A stretch of 64,000 nt of DNA. It comes from Spirochaetia bacterium (GTDB lineage: Bacteria > Spirochaetota > Spirochaetia > DSM-2461). Made by a program: the position numbers and the translations under genes. Below the pieces are notes generated by a model. It saw only the letters and a program-made list of their open reading frames with translations, was not told the origin of the DNA and made no database searches. Numbering within the stretch: the first letter of the stretch is position 1; the number at the start of each line of letters is the position of its first letter. Below are positions 17,632-26,467 of the stretch, piece after piece. Location of the stretch: the NCBI GenBank assembly GCA_963666985.2, contig CAXXIA010000001.1:800001-864000 (forward strand). Reading direction: 5' to 3'.

Positions 17632-19670
17632 GAGTCCGTGAACGCTTTCGCGCCGTCGGTAAGGCTCTTCGTTCTTCTCTTTCTCATCCCGAACTCTGGC
17701 TTTCGGAAATCTTTACGGGAGGAAAATCGAAAGCCGGCATCTACGTCGACACGATCAGGGCGATGAATATCTCAGCGGTTTTCGCCGCCATTCGCCTCGG
17801 AGCCGAGACCATCGGAACCCTTCCTGTTCAGGCGTTCAGGAAAACAGGCGAATCCCGAGAACCGATCGATCACCCAGTGGGCGATCTTTTCGCCGGCCAG
17901 GCGAATCCGGAAATGGCCGGGCATATTTTCCGCGAAACCATGCAGGGGCATCTTGAGGCCAGAGGAAACGCATACGCCGAAATCGTCCATGATAAGAACG
18001 GATTCCCCATAGAACTCTGGCCGATCCATCCATCCGATATGCAGCTTCAGCGGAATCCAAACAAGGCTTTGGAATACATCTATGTCCCGACCGGAGAGAA
18101 GCTCCCAGCGTGGAAAGTCTTTCATCTTCGCGGCCTCGGTTCGAACGGGCTTGTAGGATATTCGGTAATTAAGCTTGCCAAGGAATCGTTCGGTCTTACC
18201 GCGGCCGCCGAAGAATACGGCTCCCGGTATTTCGGAGAGGGGACGAACCTCGGCGGGTTCCTGCAGCTCCCGGAAGGGAAGGCCTTATCGGATGAAGCCT
18301 TTAAGCGCCTGAAAGCGCAGATGAACCAGAAGTACAAAGGGCTTCAGAAATCCCACGGTTTGATCGTTCTTGAGGGCGGCGCTCGATACGAGAAGATCGG
18401 GCTTTCCCCGGAAGATTCACAGTTTCTTGAGACGCGAAAATTTCAGGTAACCGAGATCGCCCGGTGGTTTCGATTTCCGCCTCATATGATCGGCGATTTG
18501 GAGAAGGCGACATTTTCAAATATTGAACATCAAGGAATGGAGGCCGTGCGCTACTCATGGCTTCCACGGGTTACCCGGTGGGAAGCGGAGATTTCTTCGA
18601 AGCTTTTGTTCAATCCCGTCTCGGATCGCGGCGTATTCGTCCGGTTCAACCTGGACGGTCTTCTCCGCGGCGACATCAAGACTCGCTACGAATCCTATCA
18701 CCTGGCGATGTCGGACGGCTGGATGAATGCCGACGAGGCGCGCGCCCGAGAGGATATGGGGCCGCAGGAAGACGGGCTCGGGAAGATGTTCCTGGTTCCT
18801 TTGAACATGGTGAACAAGGCGGACCTTGTCGGCGGCGGCCGGGATGAGCCGGAGATGAAACAGCCGAGCGAGCCGAATCCACCTGCGGCGGAGGATGATC
18901 CGGAAGATGATCGGAACGCCGGAGGGTACGAGCTCCGTGCGGCGCAGTCGAATTCCATCGCACTCCGCCGGAAGATCGGGAATCGCTACCGGCCGAAAAT
19001 CCGCAAGGCCGCCGATAGCCTTGTGAAGGCCGAGGTCAAGATGATCCGCGGACTTCTTGAGGCCAACGAAGCCGGCGATGCTTTCATAACATCCTTCATC
19101 GAAAGAATGAAGGACAGCCGAGATACCTATCGACAGAAGATGGGGCCGATCCTTTCTTCTTACGCCTCTGATCTTTACCCGGTTGCCCGCGATGAGGTGG
19201 GAGAGGCGGGAGAGATCCCCGCTGAGTACGAGGAATTCGTCGCCGAATATATCAATCAGTACGGAAGCCGGCACGCCGGCCGGACGCGAAAGCAAATCCT
19301 CGCCATCGCCAACGATCCTGAAGAGGACACGCACGAAGGAATCGAAGCCCGCCTTGCCGAGTGGGAAGAGAAACGTGCGAAGAAGATCGAAGAGGAGGAG
19401 ACGACCCGCGGTCGAAGCGCGTTTGTGAAGGCCGCTTATGGAGTTCTCGGGGTCACATTCATCCGTTCGGTTGCCAATGGGAAGTCCTGCCCGTTTTGTA
19501 CGGCGCTCGACGGAAAGGTCATCGGAATCAACAGCGTGTTTTTCTCGAAAGGCGAGAGCTTTCAGCCGGAGGGGGCGAAAAGCGCGATCAGTTTTTCGAG
19601 CAATATCGGCCACGCGCCATATCACGAGGGTTGCGACTGTGATGTCGTCGCCGAACTGGGAGGATCGTGA
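17628..19670 (+). CDS. HK97-family portal protein fused to a MuF/gp7-like head morphogenesis domain
   Basis: Portal motifs GNAYAEI, QFLETRKFQVTEIARWFRFPPHMIG, LLRGD; C-terminal CPFCTALDGK...PYHEGCDC. Confidence 0.92.
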   Translation: MRVRERFRAVGKALRSSLSHPELWLSEIFTGGKSKAGIYVDTIRAMNISAVFAAIRLGAETIGTLPVQAFRKTGESREPIDHPVGDLFAGQANPEMAGHIFRETMQGHLEARGNAYAEIVHDKNGFPIELWPIHPSDMQLQRNPNKALEYIYVPTGEKLPAWKVFHLRGLGSNGLVGYSVIKLAKESFGLTAAAEEYGSRYFGEGTNLGGFLQLPEGKALSDEAFKRLKAQMNQKYKGLQKSHGLIVLEGGARYEKIGLSPEDSQFLETRKFQVTEIARWFRFPPHMIGDLEKATFSNIEHQGMEAVRYSWLPRVTRWEAEISSKLLFNPVSDRGVFVRFNLDGLLRGDIKTRYESYHLAMSDGWMNADEARAREDMGPQEDGLGKMFLVPLNMVNKADLVGGGRDEPEMKQPSEPNPPAAEDDPEDDRNAGGYELRAAQSNSIALRRKIGNRYRPKIRKAADSLVKAEVKMIRGLLEANEAGDAFITSFIERMKDSRDTYRQKMGPILSSYASDLYPVARDEVGEAGEIPAEYEEFVAEYINQYGSRHAGRTRKQILAIANDPEEDTHEGIEARLAEWEEKRAKKIEEEETTRGRSAFVKAAYGVLGVTFIRSVANGKSCPFCTALDGKVIGINSVFFSKGESFQPEGAKSAISFSSNIGHAPYHEGCDCDVVAELGGS

Positions 19671-20320
19671 TGAGCAAGATGGAGCGCCGGTATCTGCCGG
19701 CCGACGGTTTGGAAATTCGCTCTGAAGAAGACGGGAAACTCATTGTCGAAGGCTATCCGATTGTTTTTAACGAGCGGACGGTTCTCTATCCGGGATTCGC
19801 CGAAATAATCATGCCCGGAGCGGCATCGGATGCGCTATCCGAAGGGCGGACGGTTCTCTACTGGAACCATAACACCGATCAGCCGATGGCCGCGATGAAG
19901 AACGGAACACTGGAGGCGCACGAAGACGAGAATGGCGTCTTCATGCGTGCCGAAGTATCCGGGTCCGAATGGGGCCGCATGGGTCATGAAGCGATCAAAT
20001 CAGGCCTTGTCGACCAAATGTCCTTCGGGTTTTTCGTCGAGCGCGATGGCCAAGAATGGAGCACTGAGACAGACAAGGAAACCGGGGCGGTTGTGGATGT
20101 ACGAAGCATCACGAAGTTCTCCGCCATACCGGATTTCTCGCCGGTGAGTCAGCCGGCATATCCAACAACAGAGATTCAAGCGCGATCAAAAGACCTCGCG
20201 CTGCAGGATAAGCCCGAATCCTCAACGGAGGAAGAGGACGCCCCGTCGGGGGACGAAGCGGCCCGGAGTATGGAGATGCTGCGTTTGAGACATCAGCACA
20301 AAGGGAGGAACGTGCGATGA
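19667..20320 (+). CDS. HK97-family prohead protease
   Basis: YWNHN, MSFGF, SPVSQPAYPTT. Confidence 0.92.
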   Translation: MMSKMERRYLPADGLEIRSEEDGKLIVEGYPIVFNERTVLYPGFAEIIMPGAASDALSEGRTVLYWNHNTDQPMAAMKNGTLEAHEDENGVFMRAEVSGSEWGRMGHEAIKSGLVDQMSFGFFVERDGQEWSTETDKETGAVVDVRSITKFSAIPDFSPVSQPAYPTTEIQARSKDLALQDKPESSTEEEDAPSGDEAARSMEMLRLRHQHKGRNVR

Positions 20321-21540
20321 TCAACAAGCAGAAAATCCTCGGCCTCAGACAGGAGAGGAAGAAGGCCTTCGATAAGGGCACCGAGTATCTGGAGCGCGCC
20401 AAAGACGGCGTTATGTCCGCCGAGGATCGAAGCGCTTATGAGGCGGTCATGGAAGACTTCGATCGGCTGAGCGGTGAGATCGAAGCCCTGGAGGCGCACG
20501 AGGAACGAGCGGCCAGGATGGGATCTTTCGATGATGATCCCGGTGGCGAGGCTCACAAGCCCAATCCGGGTGAAGAGCGCGGTGATGAGGGCAAAGCCGA
20601 ATACCGGAAGGTCTTCGAAAAGGCCCTCCGTCACGGGATGGTCAGCCTGAACCGCGAGGAGAGAAAGATCCTCGAGACCCGCGCCATGGCCGAAGGCACC
20701 ACAACCGCCGGCGGTCATTTGGTCCCGGATGTTCTCGACAAGAAGTTTCTTGAGCACTTGGCGAACATCTCCGTGATGATGAAGCTCGGGACCGAGATCG
20801 CCACTTCCGGCGGGGACCACGAGATTCCGATCGCCGACGGCCAGGGAACCTTCTACTGGACCGGTGAGAGTGAATCGTACACCGATTCCAGCCCGACCAT
20901 CGATAAGAAGACTCTTTCGGCCTACAAGGGGACCTTCCTTGTGAAGATCTCCGAGGAGCTGGTCGCCGATTCGGCCTTCGATATCTTCAACCATTTGGCG
21001 GTTTGTTACGCCAATGTCGCAGGCGATGCCATCGAGTCCCGCCTTATCAGCGGAACCGGCTCCAGTCAGATTTCCGGCGTGGCCACCGGCGCGGCCGCCG
21101 GTATCACAGCCGCGGCGGCGGCCGCGATCACCACGGACGAACTTTTGAACCTTAAATCGTCCGTCAAGGCTAAGTACTGGCGGCAGCCGAAAGCCGGCTA
21201 TCTCATGAGTCCTTCGACAATGATGGCCGTTCGCAAGCTGAAAAACTCCAACGGGCAGTATCTGTGGCAGCCGTCTCTTACCGTGGGCGCTCCGGATAGC
21301 TTCGACGGAAACGCCGTATACGTCTCCGACCAGATGCCCTCGATGGAGGCTGCGGCCGTTCCCGTTCTCTTCGGCGACTTCTCTTACTACTGGATCGGCA
21401 AGCGCGGATCGCGCGCCATGCAGATTCTGAACGAGCTTTACGCCGAGAACGGCCAGATCGGATTCAGGGTATACGAGCGCCTGGACGGCGTTCTCACCCG
21501 TTCCGAAGCGGTCAAGAAGCTGACCATGGCGGCTGCCTGA
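20317..21540 (+). CDS. Major capsid protein, HK97 family, with N-terminal delta domain
   Basis: Coiled-coil N-terminus, GGHLVP, KISEEL, LKNSNGQYLWQP, FGDFS. Confidence 0.96.
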   Translation: MINKQKILGLRQERKKAFDKGTEYLERAKDGVMSAEDRSAYEAVMEDFDRLSGEIEALEAHEERAARMGSFDDDPGGEAHKPNPGEERGDEGKAEYRKVFEKALRHGMVSLNREERKILETRAMAEGTTTAGGHLVPDVLDKKFLEHLANISVMMKLGTEIATSGGDHEIPIADGQGTFYWTGESESYTDSSPTIDKKTLSAYKGTFLVKISEELVADSAFDIFNHLAVCYANVAGDAIESRLISGTGSSQISGVATGAAAGITAAAAAAITTDELLNLKSSVKAKYWRQPKAGYLMSPSTMMAVRKLKNSNGQYLWQPSLTVGAPDSFDGNAVYVSDQMPSMEAAAVPVLFGDFSYYWIGKRGSRAMQILNELYAENGQIGFRVYERLDGVLTRSEAVKKLTMAAA

Positions 21541-21601
21541 TCAGGCATTGCCTGATCCAGGCTCGCCTGGTAGGCAGTCCGCCTGGTAGGCGGTTCGCCT
21601 G
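21535..21601. repeat. Tandem array of GCCTG...AGGC mini-palindromes
   Basis: Units start at 21535, 21550, 21565, 21581, 21597 (15-16 bp period). Confidence 0.75.
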
Positions 21602-21608
21602 AATTTTA

Positions 21609-21632
21609 GCCGGGGGCCTTCGGGCCTCCGGT
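21609..21632 (+). terminator. C(UUCG)G hairpin after the capsid gene (terminator or mRNA stabiliser)
   Basis: GCCGGGGGCC-TTCG-GGCCTCCGGT; weak U tail. Confidence 0.6.
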
Positions 21633-21645
21633 CTTGGAGGGATTC

Positions 21646-21924
21646 ATGAAGGGAAAAATCAAGATGCTTAAATCCGCCGGCTGTTTCCATGAAGGGAAGA
21701 ACTACGGACTCAGCGAGGGAGAGACTTATTCGGTGCCGGCCGACTGTCCGAGCGAGCTTGCCGAGGATTTGATTCGCGCAGGTCACGCTGAGCAGGTGAA
21801 GACCAAGGCCGGCAGTAAGAAAGATGCCGAAACCGCGACTTCCGCCGAAGCGGAAACTCCGGAGACTCCTTCGGAGTCAACCGAGACGGCGACCGCTGCG
21901 GCTTCGGAGAGTCCGGAAGAATGA
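21646..21924 (+). CDS. Hypothetical head-associated protein with acidic Ala/Glu/Thr tail
   Basis: GGAGG RBS; ELAEDLIRAGHAE motif common in post-capsid genes. Confidence 0.7.
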   Translation: MKGKIKMLKSAGCFHEGKNYGLSEGETYSVPADCPSELAEDLIRAGHAEQVKTKAGSKKDAETATSAEAETPETPSESTETATAAASESPEE

Positions 21925-21992
21925 AAAACATGATTCTCGGCGCCGGGATTCTTTAGGGCCGCGGCGATTTCGACTGATGGGAGAAAAGACTT

Positions 21993-22565
21993 GTGGCCCT
22001 GAATGATAACGCCCTTGTGACTTGGGATCAGCTTAAGAGAGCCCTCGGAATCTCGAAGGATGATGATGAGAGCCGCTATGAGTGGCTGATCAACGGCGCC
22101 TCAAGTCGCATTGAACAGATGGTCGGAAGAAAGCTCTTTTCGGCTGAACGAACCGAGTATCAGGCCGGTCATGGAGGAGAGATTATCCTCCTGGATTGCT
22201 GGCCCGTGAGTGAGATTGACTCGCTTTATGTGGATGCCAACCGTGAGTTTGGCTCCGATACGGAAATCGATTCGGAAGATTATGACCTCGATTCTGGTTC
22301 GGGGGTTGTTTATCTTCTCGGCAAAAAAGCGCCGCGGGGCCGCAAGATCATCAAGGTCACATACACCGGAGGGTACGAGAGTATCCCGGAGGATTTACAG
22401 GCGGCGACGGTTGAAATCGTTGTGGCGAATTTCCGTCGTATGGCGAAAAACCAAGGCGGGATCAAGAGCATTTCGGCTCCCGATTCGGTGGGGACGACCT
22501 ACGAGTTATCAATCCCTGTTAATGCCAGACAAGTGATTGAACTCTACAAAGGGGGCCGCGTGTGA
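21993..22565 (+). CDS. Head-tail connector (gp6/gp15-like)
   Basis: LVTWDQLKRALGI, IKVTYTGGYESIPEDL; position. Confidence 0.8.
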   Translation: MALNDNALVTWDQLKRALGISKDDDESRYEWLINGASSRIEQMVGRKLFSAERTEYQAGHGGEIILLDCWPVSEIDSLYVDANREFGSDTEIDSEDYDLDSGSGVVYLLGKKAPRGRKIIKVTYTGGYESIPEDLQAATVEIVVANFRRMAKNQGGIKSISAPDSVGTTYELSIPVNARQVIELYKGGRV

Positions 22566-22933
22566 TTGAGATAAATGTCACGCGGACCAATGGGAAGGCG
22601 TTTAAGAAATTCATCACAGAATTTCCGGAGCACGCGGACACGATCGCGAACGCGGTCGCGGATGCCTTTGCGCGTCATGCTGCAGATTTGGCTCGAAGTC
22701 AAAACTGGCCGAGTGAGGCGGCGCCGTCAATGAAGGCTTGGCGAGAGAATGGGTCTTACTATGTTCGTCCGGGGCATGGGATCACAGGGCTTCTGAATTT
22801 TCTGAATGTCTTCGAACGCTCCGGCACCGGATGGCCTCACCGTCCGGTGATGAGGCCGGCGGTAGGATCGTTTGACACAAAGACGCCCGCAATCACCGTC
22901 TATAACCGCATCGTAAGGAAAAAATTCAAATGA
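22562..22933 (+). CDS. Neck/tail-completion protein (HK97 gp10-like)
   Basis: FERSGTGWPHRPVMRPA; position. Confidence 0.55.
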   Translation: MIEINVTRTNGKAFKKFITEFPEHADTIANAVADAFARHAADLARSQNWPSEAAPSMKAWRENGSYYVRPGHGITGLLNFLNVFERSGTGWPHRPVMRPAVGSFDTKTPAITVYNRIVRKKFK

Positions 22934-23364
22934 ACGAGATGCGGAGGTTCAAGAATTTACTTAAAGCGGCTCTCGCTGATGATCTACCGGATCAAATCAC
23001 GGCTCATGCCGATGATGCCGGCATTTCGCTCACTGTTCCGTCAGTAAAAACCGGGTACGCCGACCCGTTTGTTGAGGTCGAAGAGTTTCCCGAAATCCGA
23101 ATTTTCGAGGTGAAAAAAAAGGGGTACGAGTACGAACTTAGAATGCACCGCTTGGGGTGCCGGATGTTTGTGGTTGTGCAATCGGATGAGGCGGAAGAGG
23201 CGGCCGATGCGATGAGCGAGGCAATCGGGGCCACCGTCGAGGGGATGTGCGGGGGTGAGATTTACGATGTTGAGAATCTCACGATCGGAGTGTTTCTAGG
23301 CCCGCCGGATGCGAAGCAAATGGCGGTCGGGACAATCGATTTCGATGTCCTTTTGAACTCATAA
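22930..23364 (+). CDS. Probable tail terminator protein
   Basis: Size and position just before the tail tube gene. Confidence 0.5.
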   Translation: MNEMRRFKNLLKAALADDLPDQITAHADDAGISLTVPSVKTGYADPFVEVEEFPEIRIFEVKKKGYEYELRMHRLGCRMFVVVQSDEAEEAADAMSEAIGATVEGMCGGEIYDVENLTIGVFLGPPDAKQMAVGTIDFDVLLNS

Positions 23365-23377
23365 AAGGAGGGGGTTT

Positions 23378-23860
23378 ATGGGTTCTCCAATTCGCGGAAT
23401 TGATGGGGTGGTCAAAGCAGGCGCCACCGAATCGGGAACATATACGGAAGTTGCTTATATCGATTCTTTTGAGCTTCAGCTTGATAACGATGAGAACGAA
23501 ATCACAAAGCTGAATGCCAAATCAAAAGAGTACACCGCCGGTCTTGGCTCCGGCTCTGTCTCGATGTCCGGAACCTTGATTTGGGATGATACATATCAGC
23601 AGGCGATCATCAAGCAATTCATGAAAATCAACAACAAAGGGACTCTCTCGGCCATAGATAAAACCGAACTGTACTTTAAAGGTTATCTCAAACAGGGCGA
23701 TGCGGAGGGAGCAGGCGATGAGCTTACAAGCGTGTCCGTGGATATGAAGCTCGTTCCGACATCCTTTTCCGTTTCGATGTCTTCCGGAAGCCAGCACACG
23801 TTCAGTTACTCGGGACGAGTTTCGGGCGACGTGACTTACACCATTGAGGATGAGACTTAA
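23378..23860 (+). CDS. Major tail tube protein
   Basis: Strong AAGGAGG RBS; beta-rich, KEYTAGLGSGSVSMSG, FSYSGRVSG. Confidence 0.75.
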   Translation: MGSPIRGIDGVVKAGATESGTYTEVAYIDSFELQLDNDENEITKLNAKSKEYTAGLGSGSVSMSGTLIWDDTYQQAIIKQFMKINNKGTLSAIDKTELYFKGYLKQGDAEGAGDELTSVSVDMKLVPTSFSVSMSSGSQHTFSYSGRVSGDVTYTIEDET

Positions 23861-24237
23861 TGGAGTACGAAGTTAAGAGAGGGGATGTTTTCATCCCCGA
23901 TTGGAAAGGGAACAAGGATTCTGAAGAGCCCATAAGAATTCACTACCGGTATCTTACGCCTGAAGAGCGGAATCGGTTTTTTTACACGAAGCCGGTTGAT
24001 TTGTCGGCAGCGGTATCTGAGCGAAAAGTCGAATACGTTCAGAACGTCGAAGGCGCCGCTCGGGTGATGATCACCAAGATTGAGAATTTCGCCTTACGCG
24101 TTGAGGGTGAGCGAGTCGAAATAAACACCGCCGAAAAGCTCTATACCACACGGGGTATTCATCAGGATTTGATCGCTGAGATTGAGGCGTATTTGCGGTT
24201 TGCAACGCCGGAGGTGGATGCGAGCCCTTTAGGGTAG
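23860..24237 (+). CDS. Tail assembly chaperone (gpG-like)
   Basis: Between tail tube and tape measure; ends in a slippery heptamer. Confidence 0.75.
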   Translation: MEYEVKRGDVFIPDWKGNKDSEEPIRIHYRYLTPEERNRFFYTKPVDLSAAVSERKVEYVQNVEGAARVMITKIENFALRVEGERVEINTAEKLYTTRGIHQDLIAEIEAYLRFATPEVDASPLG

Positions 24238-24545
24238 CGTTCGTTCTCTTGGCCCGCCGGCAGGGCTGGGAGAATTACAAACCTGGTCCGAGAGATAAAC
24301 CGGGCCGGAGGATGCTGGTCGGGAATGAATGGGTTGAGAGGCGCGAGGTTCCCAAGTTTTTTAACGAGGAGTTTTGGAGCGCCTACCGGATTTATTCCCG
24401 GTTCCGGCGTTTTGGATTTCCGTATTCGGGCGGGTGGGAAGAGCAGCCCGCTCACATTGTTGAGTTGATTGAGGCCATGGATCAGGCGAGAGATATCGCC
24501 GTCAGAGAGGCTGATGAGTGGGAAAAGCTGACGAAATCAAAATAA
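24225..24545 (+). CDS. gpGT-like extension reached by programmed -1 frameshift at C CCT TTA (24225-24231)
   Basis: X XXY YYZ heptamer in correct phase two codons before the stop; -1 frame open into ORF 24249-24545 (GFPYSGGWEEQP). Confidence 0.8.
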   Translation, partial: PFRVAFVLLARRQGWENYKPGPRDKPGRRMLVGNEWVERREVPKFFNEEFWSAYRIYSRFRRFGFPYSGGWEEQPAHIVELIEAMDQARDIAVREADEWEKLTKSK

Positions 24546-26467
24546 AAGTCACCGCTGAGGGAGCGAAGGCCCAAAAAGTCATCAGCGGAGTCGATAAAAA
24601 GATCTCATCGCTTGGTTCCGACTTGGCAAAATTAGCCCTGGCTGGTGTTGGGGCCGGTGGTGTCGTCACCGCGTTCAAAAAGATATCGGCGGAACTGCAG
24701 GAGGCCTCGGAAAAAGCCGCCATCCAAGAGGCCGCCGTCACGCGGCTTCGTGCCGCACTGGAAATAACCGGGCAGGCCGGAGGCAGCGCCTTATCTGAGA
24801 TGAAATCTTTTGCCTCCGAGATGCAAAAGCTGACAGTGGTTGGCGATGAGACGTCTCTCGGATTAATGCAAATCGCTCTAAACATGGGGCTTACTTCGGA
24901 GCAATCGCAGGATGCAACTCAGAAAGCAATAGCTCTCTCTCGTGCATACGGGATTGACTTGAATACTGCAATGGTGGGTGTTGTAAACACAATAAAAGGC
25001 CAGACATCGACCTTGACCCGATACATTCCTTCTTTGAAGGCCGCCACTGATGCAACCGACCGAATGCGAATACTCAATGAAGAATCTTCGAAGGCTTGGG
25101 CGATCGCGACATCAGAAGTTAACGCGGCAAAGGGAGCGCAGGCGCAGTTAGATAATGCCCTCGGAGATTCAAAAGAAATAACCGGTCAATATATCAATGA
25201 TGTTCTGACGCCTTGGCGTCAGAAATTAACCGAGATAGTAACGGGCCTCAATGAGACACGACAGGCGCAATATGATTTACAGGCCGCTCAGAAAGCCTCC
25301 GCGGAGGGAACGGCCACAACCTCAGAAAAAATACTTCTTATTCAAGATGCAATAAAAAAATCGCAAATCGATTTAAACCTTGCAAGGACGATGGGGGATC
25401 AGGCTCAAGTTGAATATTTGGAAAATGAAATAGCTCGACTTGAAACCGTCATTGCGCGAACTGAATATCTGGGAACAATCGAAGAAGCTCAGGCAGCGGC
25501 CACGGCACGGCAGGAAAAAGAGAAAGCTGACGCTGCAGCTGCGATCGCGCAGGCCGAGGAAGACGCGGCCGCGGCGGTGCAGAAAAGGCAAGATATTGCC
25601 AACTCCGCTTATTCGGCCATTGCCGAGGGCTTAAAGACAATAGCGATTAAGGAAGAGATGGCGCTCCTCACGGCGGAAGACTATGACGCCGAGGTTGAAC
25701 GGCGAAAATTACTCTTAGGTGAGATCGCAAAATTAAACGAAGAAGGTTTCTCAGCCGAGTCCGGCGCGATCCAATACATCTTATCGCTCTATGGAGATCT
25801 TTTAGAAAAGAAACAAGATGTTGCCGCTGCCTATGAAAGCGCAACGGAAATGATGCGCATTTATCAGGCAAGTGCCGAGCAGATAGCCGTCTCGGAAGCC
25901 GAATTGGAAAAGGCTCGCCATGACCAAAAGATGGCGAATCTTCAAACTGAACTTGCCTACTACTCTCAATACGCATCGAACATCGGTTCTATGTTTTCGA
26001 ACCTCATCTCAGTGATGATGTCCGGAGACGAAGAGCTCTCTGATAAAAAGAAGAAACAGATTCTTGCTCTCTTTTATATGCAAAAAGCCGCGAACATTGC
26101 GCAGATTGGGATGGATACGGCTACAGCGGTTATGAGGACCTATGCGAATCTCGGCGGAGTAAAGGGTGCTGTGATGGCCGGGATCGTAGCCGCGGTTGGC
26201 ACGACTCAACTGGCTGTCGCCGCTGCCGCACAACCTCCGGTCGCTCTCGCAGAGGGCGGTATTATCAAGCACAAACCCGGCGGAATCTACGCAAATATCG
26301 GTGAAGGTAATTACGATGAAGCCGTTATCCCCCTAAAAAACAATTCATCATTTGGAAACACCTACAACATTAATTTGAGTGGGGTCGTTGGGGATTTAGA
26401 GTCTGTCGCCGTCGCCGTCCATACGGGGATTGAACGAGCAAAACAATCCGGAGCGATAGCGGCATGA
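24518..26467 (+). CDS. Tape measure protein
   Basis: IKIKVTAEG N-terminus, Ala-rich helical body, C-terminal LAEGGII...IGEG..EAVIPL. Confidence 0.9.
   Translation: MGKADEIKIKVTAEGAKAQKVISGVDKKISSLGSDLAKLALAGVGAGGVVTAFKKISAELQEASEKAAIQEAAVTRLRAALEITGQAGGSALSEMKSFASEMQKLTVVGDETSLGLMQIALNMGLTSEQSQDATQKAIALSRAYGIDLNTAMVGVVNTIKGQTSTLTRYIPSLKAATDATDRMRILNEESSKAWAIATSEVNAAKGAQAQLDNALGDSKEITGQYINDVLTPWRQKLTEIVTGLNETRQAQYDLQAAQKASAEGTATTSEKILLIQDAIKKSQIDLNLARTMGDQAQVEYLENEIARLETVIARTEYLGTIEEAQAAATARQEKEKADAAAAIAQAEEDAAAAVQKRQDIANSAYSAIAEGLKTIAIKEEMALLTAEDYDAEVERRKLLLGEIAKLNEEGFSAESGAIQYILSLYGDLLEKKQDVAAAYESATEMMRIYQASAEQIAVSEAELEKARHDQKMANLQTELAYYSQYASNIGSMFSNLISVMMSGDEELSDKKKKQILALFYMQKAANIAQIGMDTATAVMRTYANLGGVKGAVMAGIVAAVGTTQLAVAAAAQPPVALAEGGIIKHKPGGIYANIGEGNYDEAVIPLKNNSSFGNTYNINLSGVVGDLESVAVAVHTGIERAKQSGAIAA

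Noticed and set aside
16579..20994. Long antisense ORFs 16579-17355, 18555-19625 and 20293-20994
   Set aside because: Shadows of GC-rich terminase, portal and capsid genes, with no motifs or RBS.
21535..21601. CRISPR-like or tRNA-like reading of the post-capsid repeats
   Set aside because: Units are 11-13 bp with 2-5 bp gaps, too short for spacers; no T-arm or acceptor stem.
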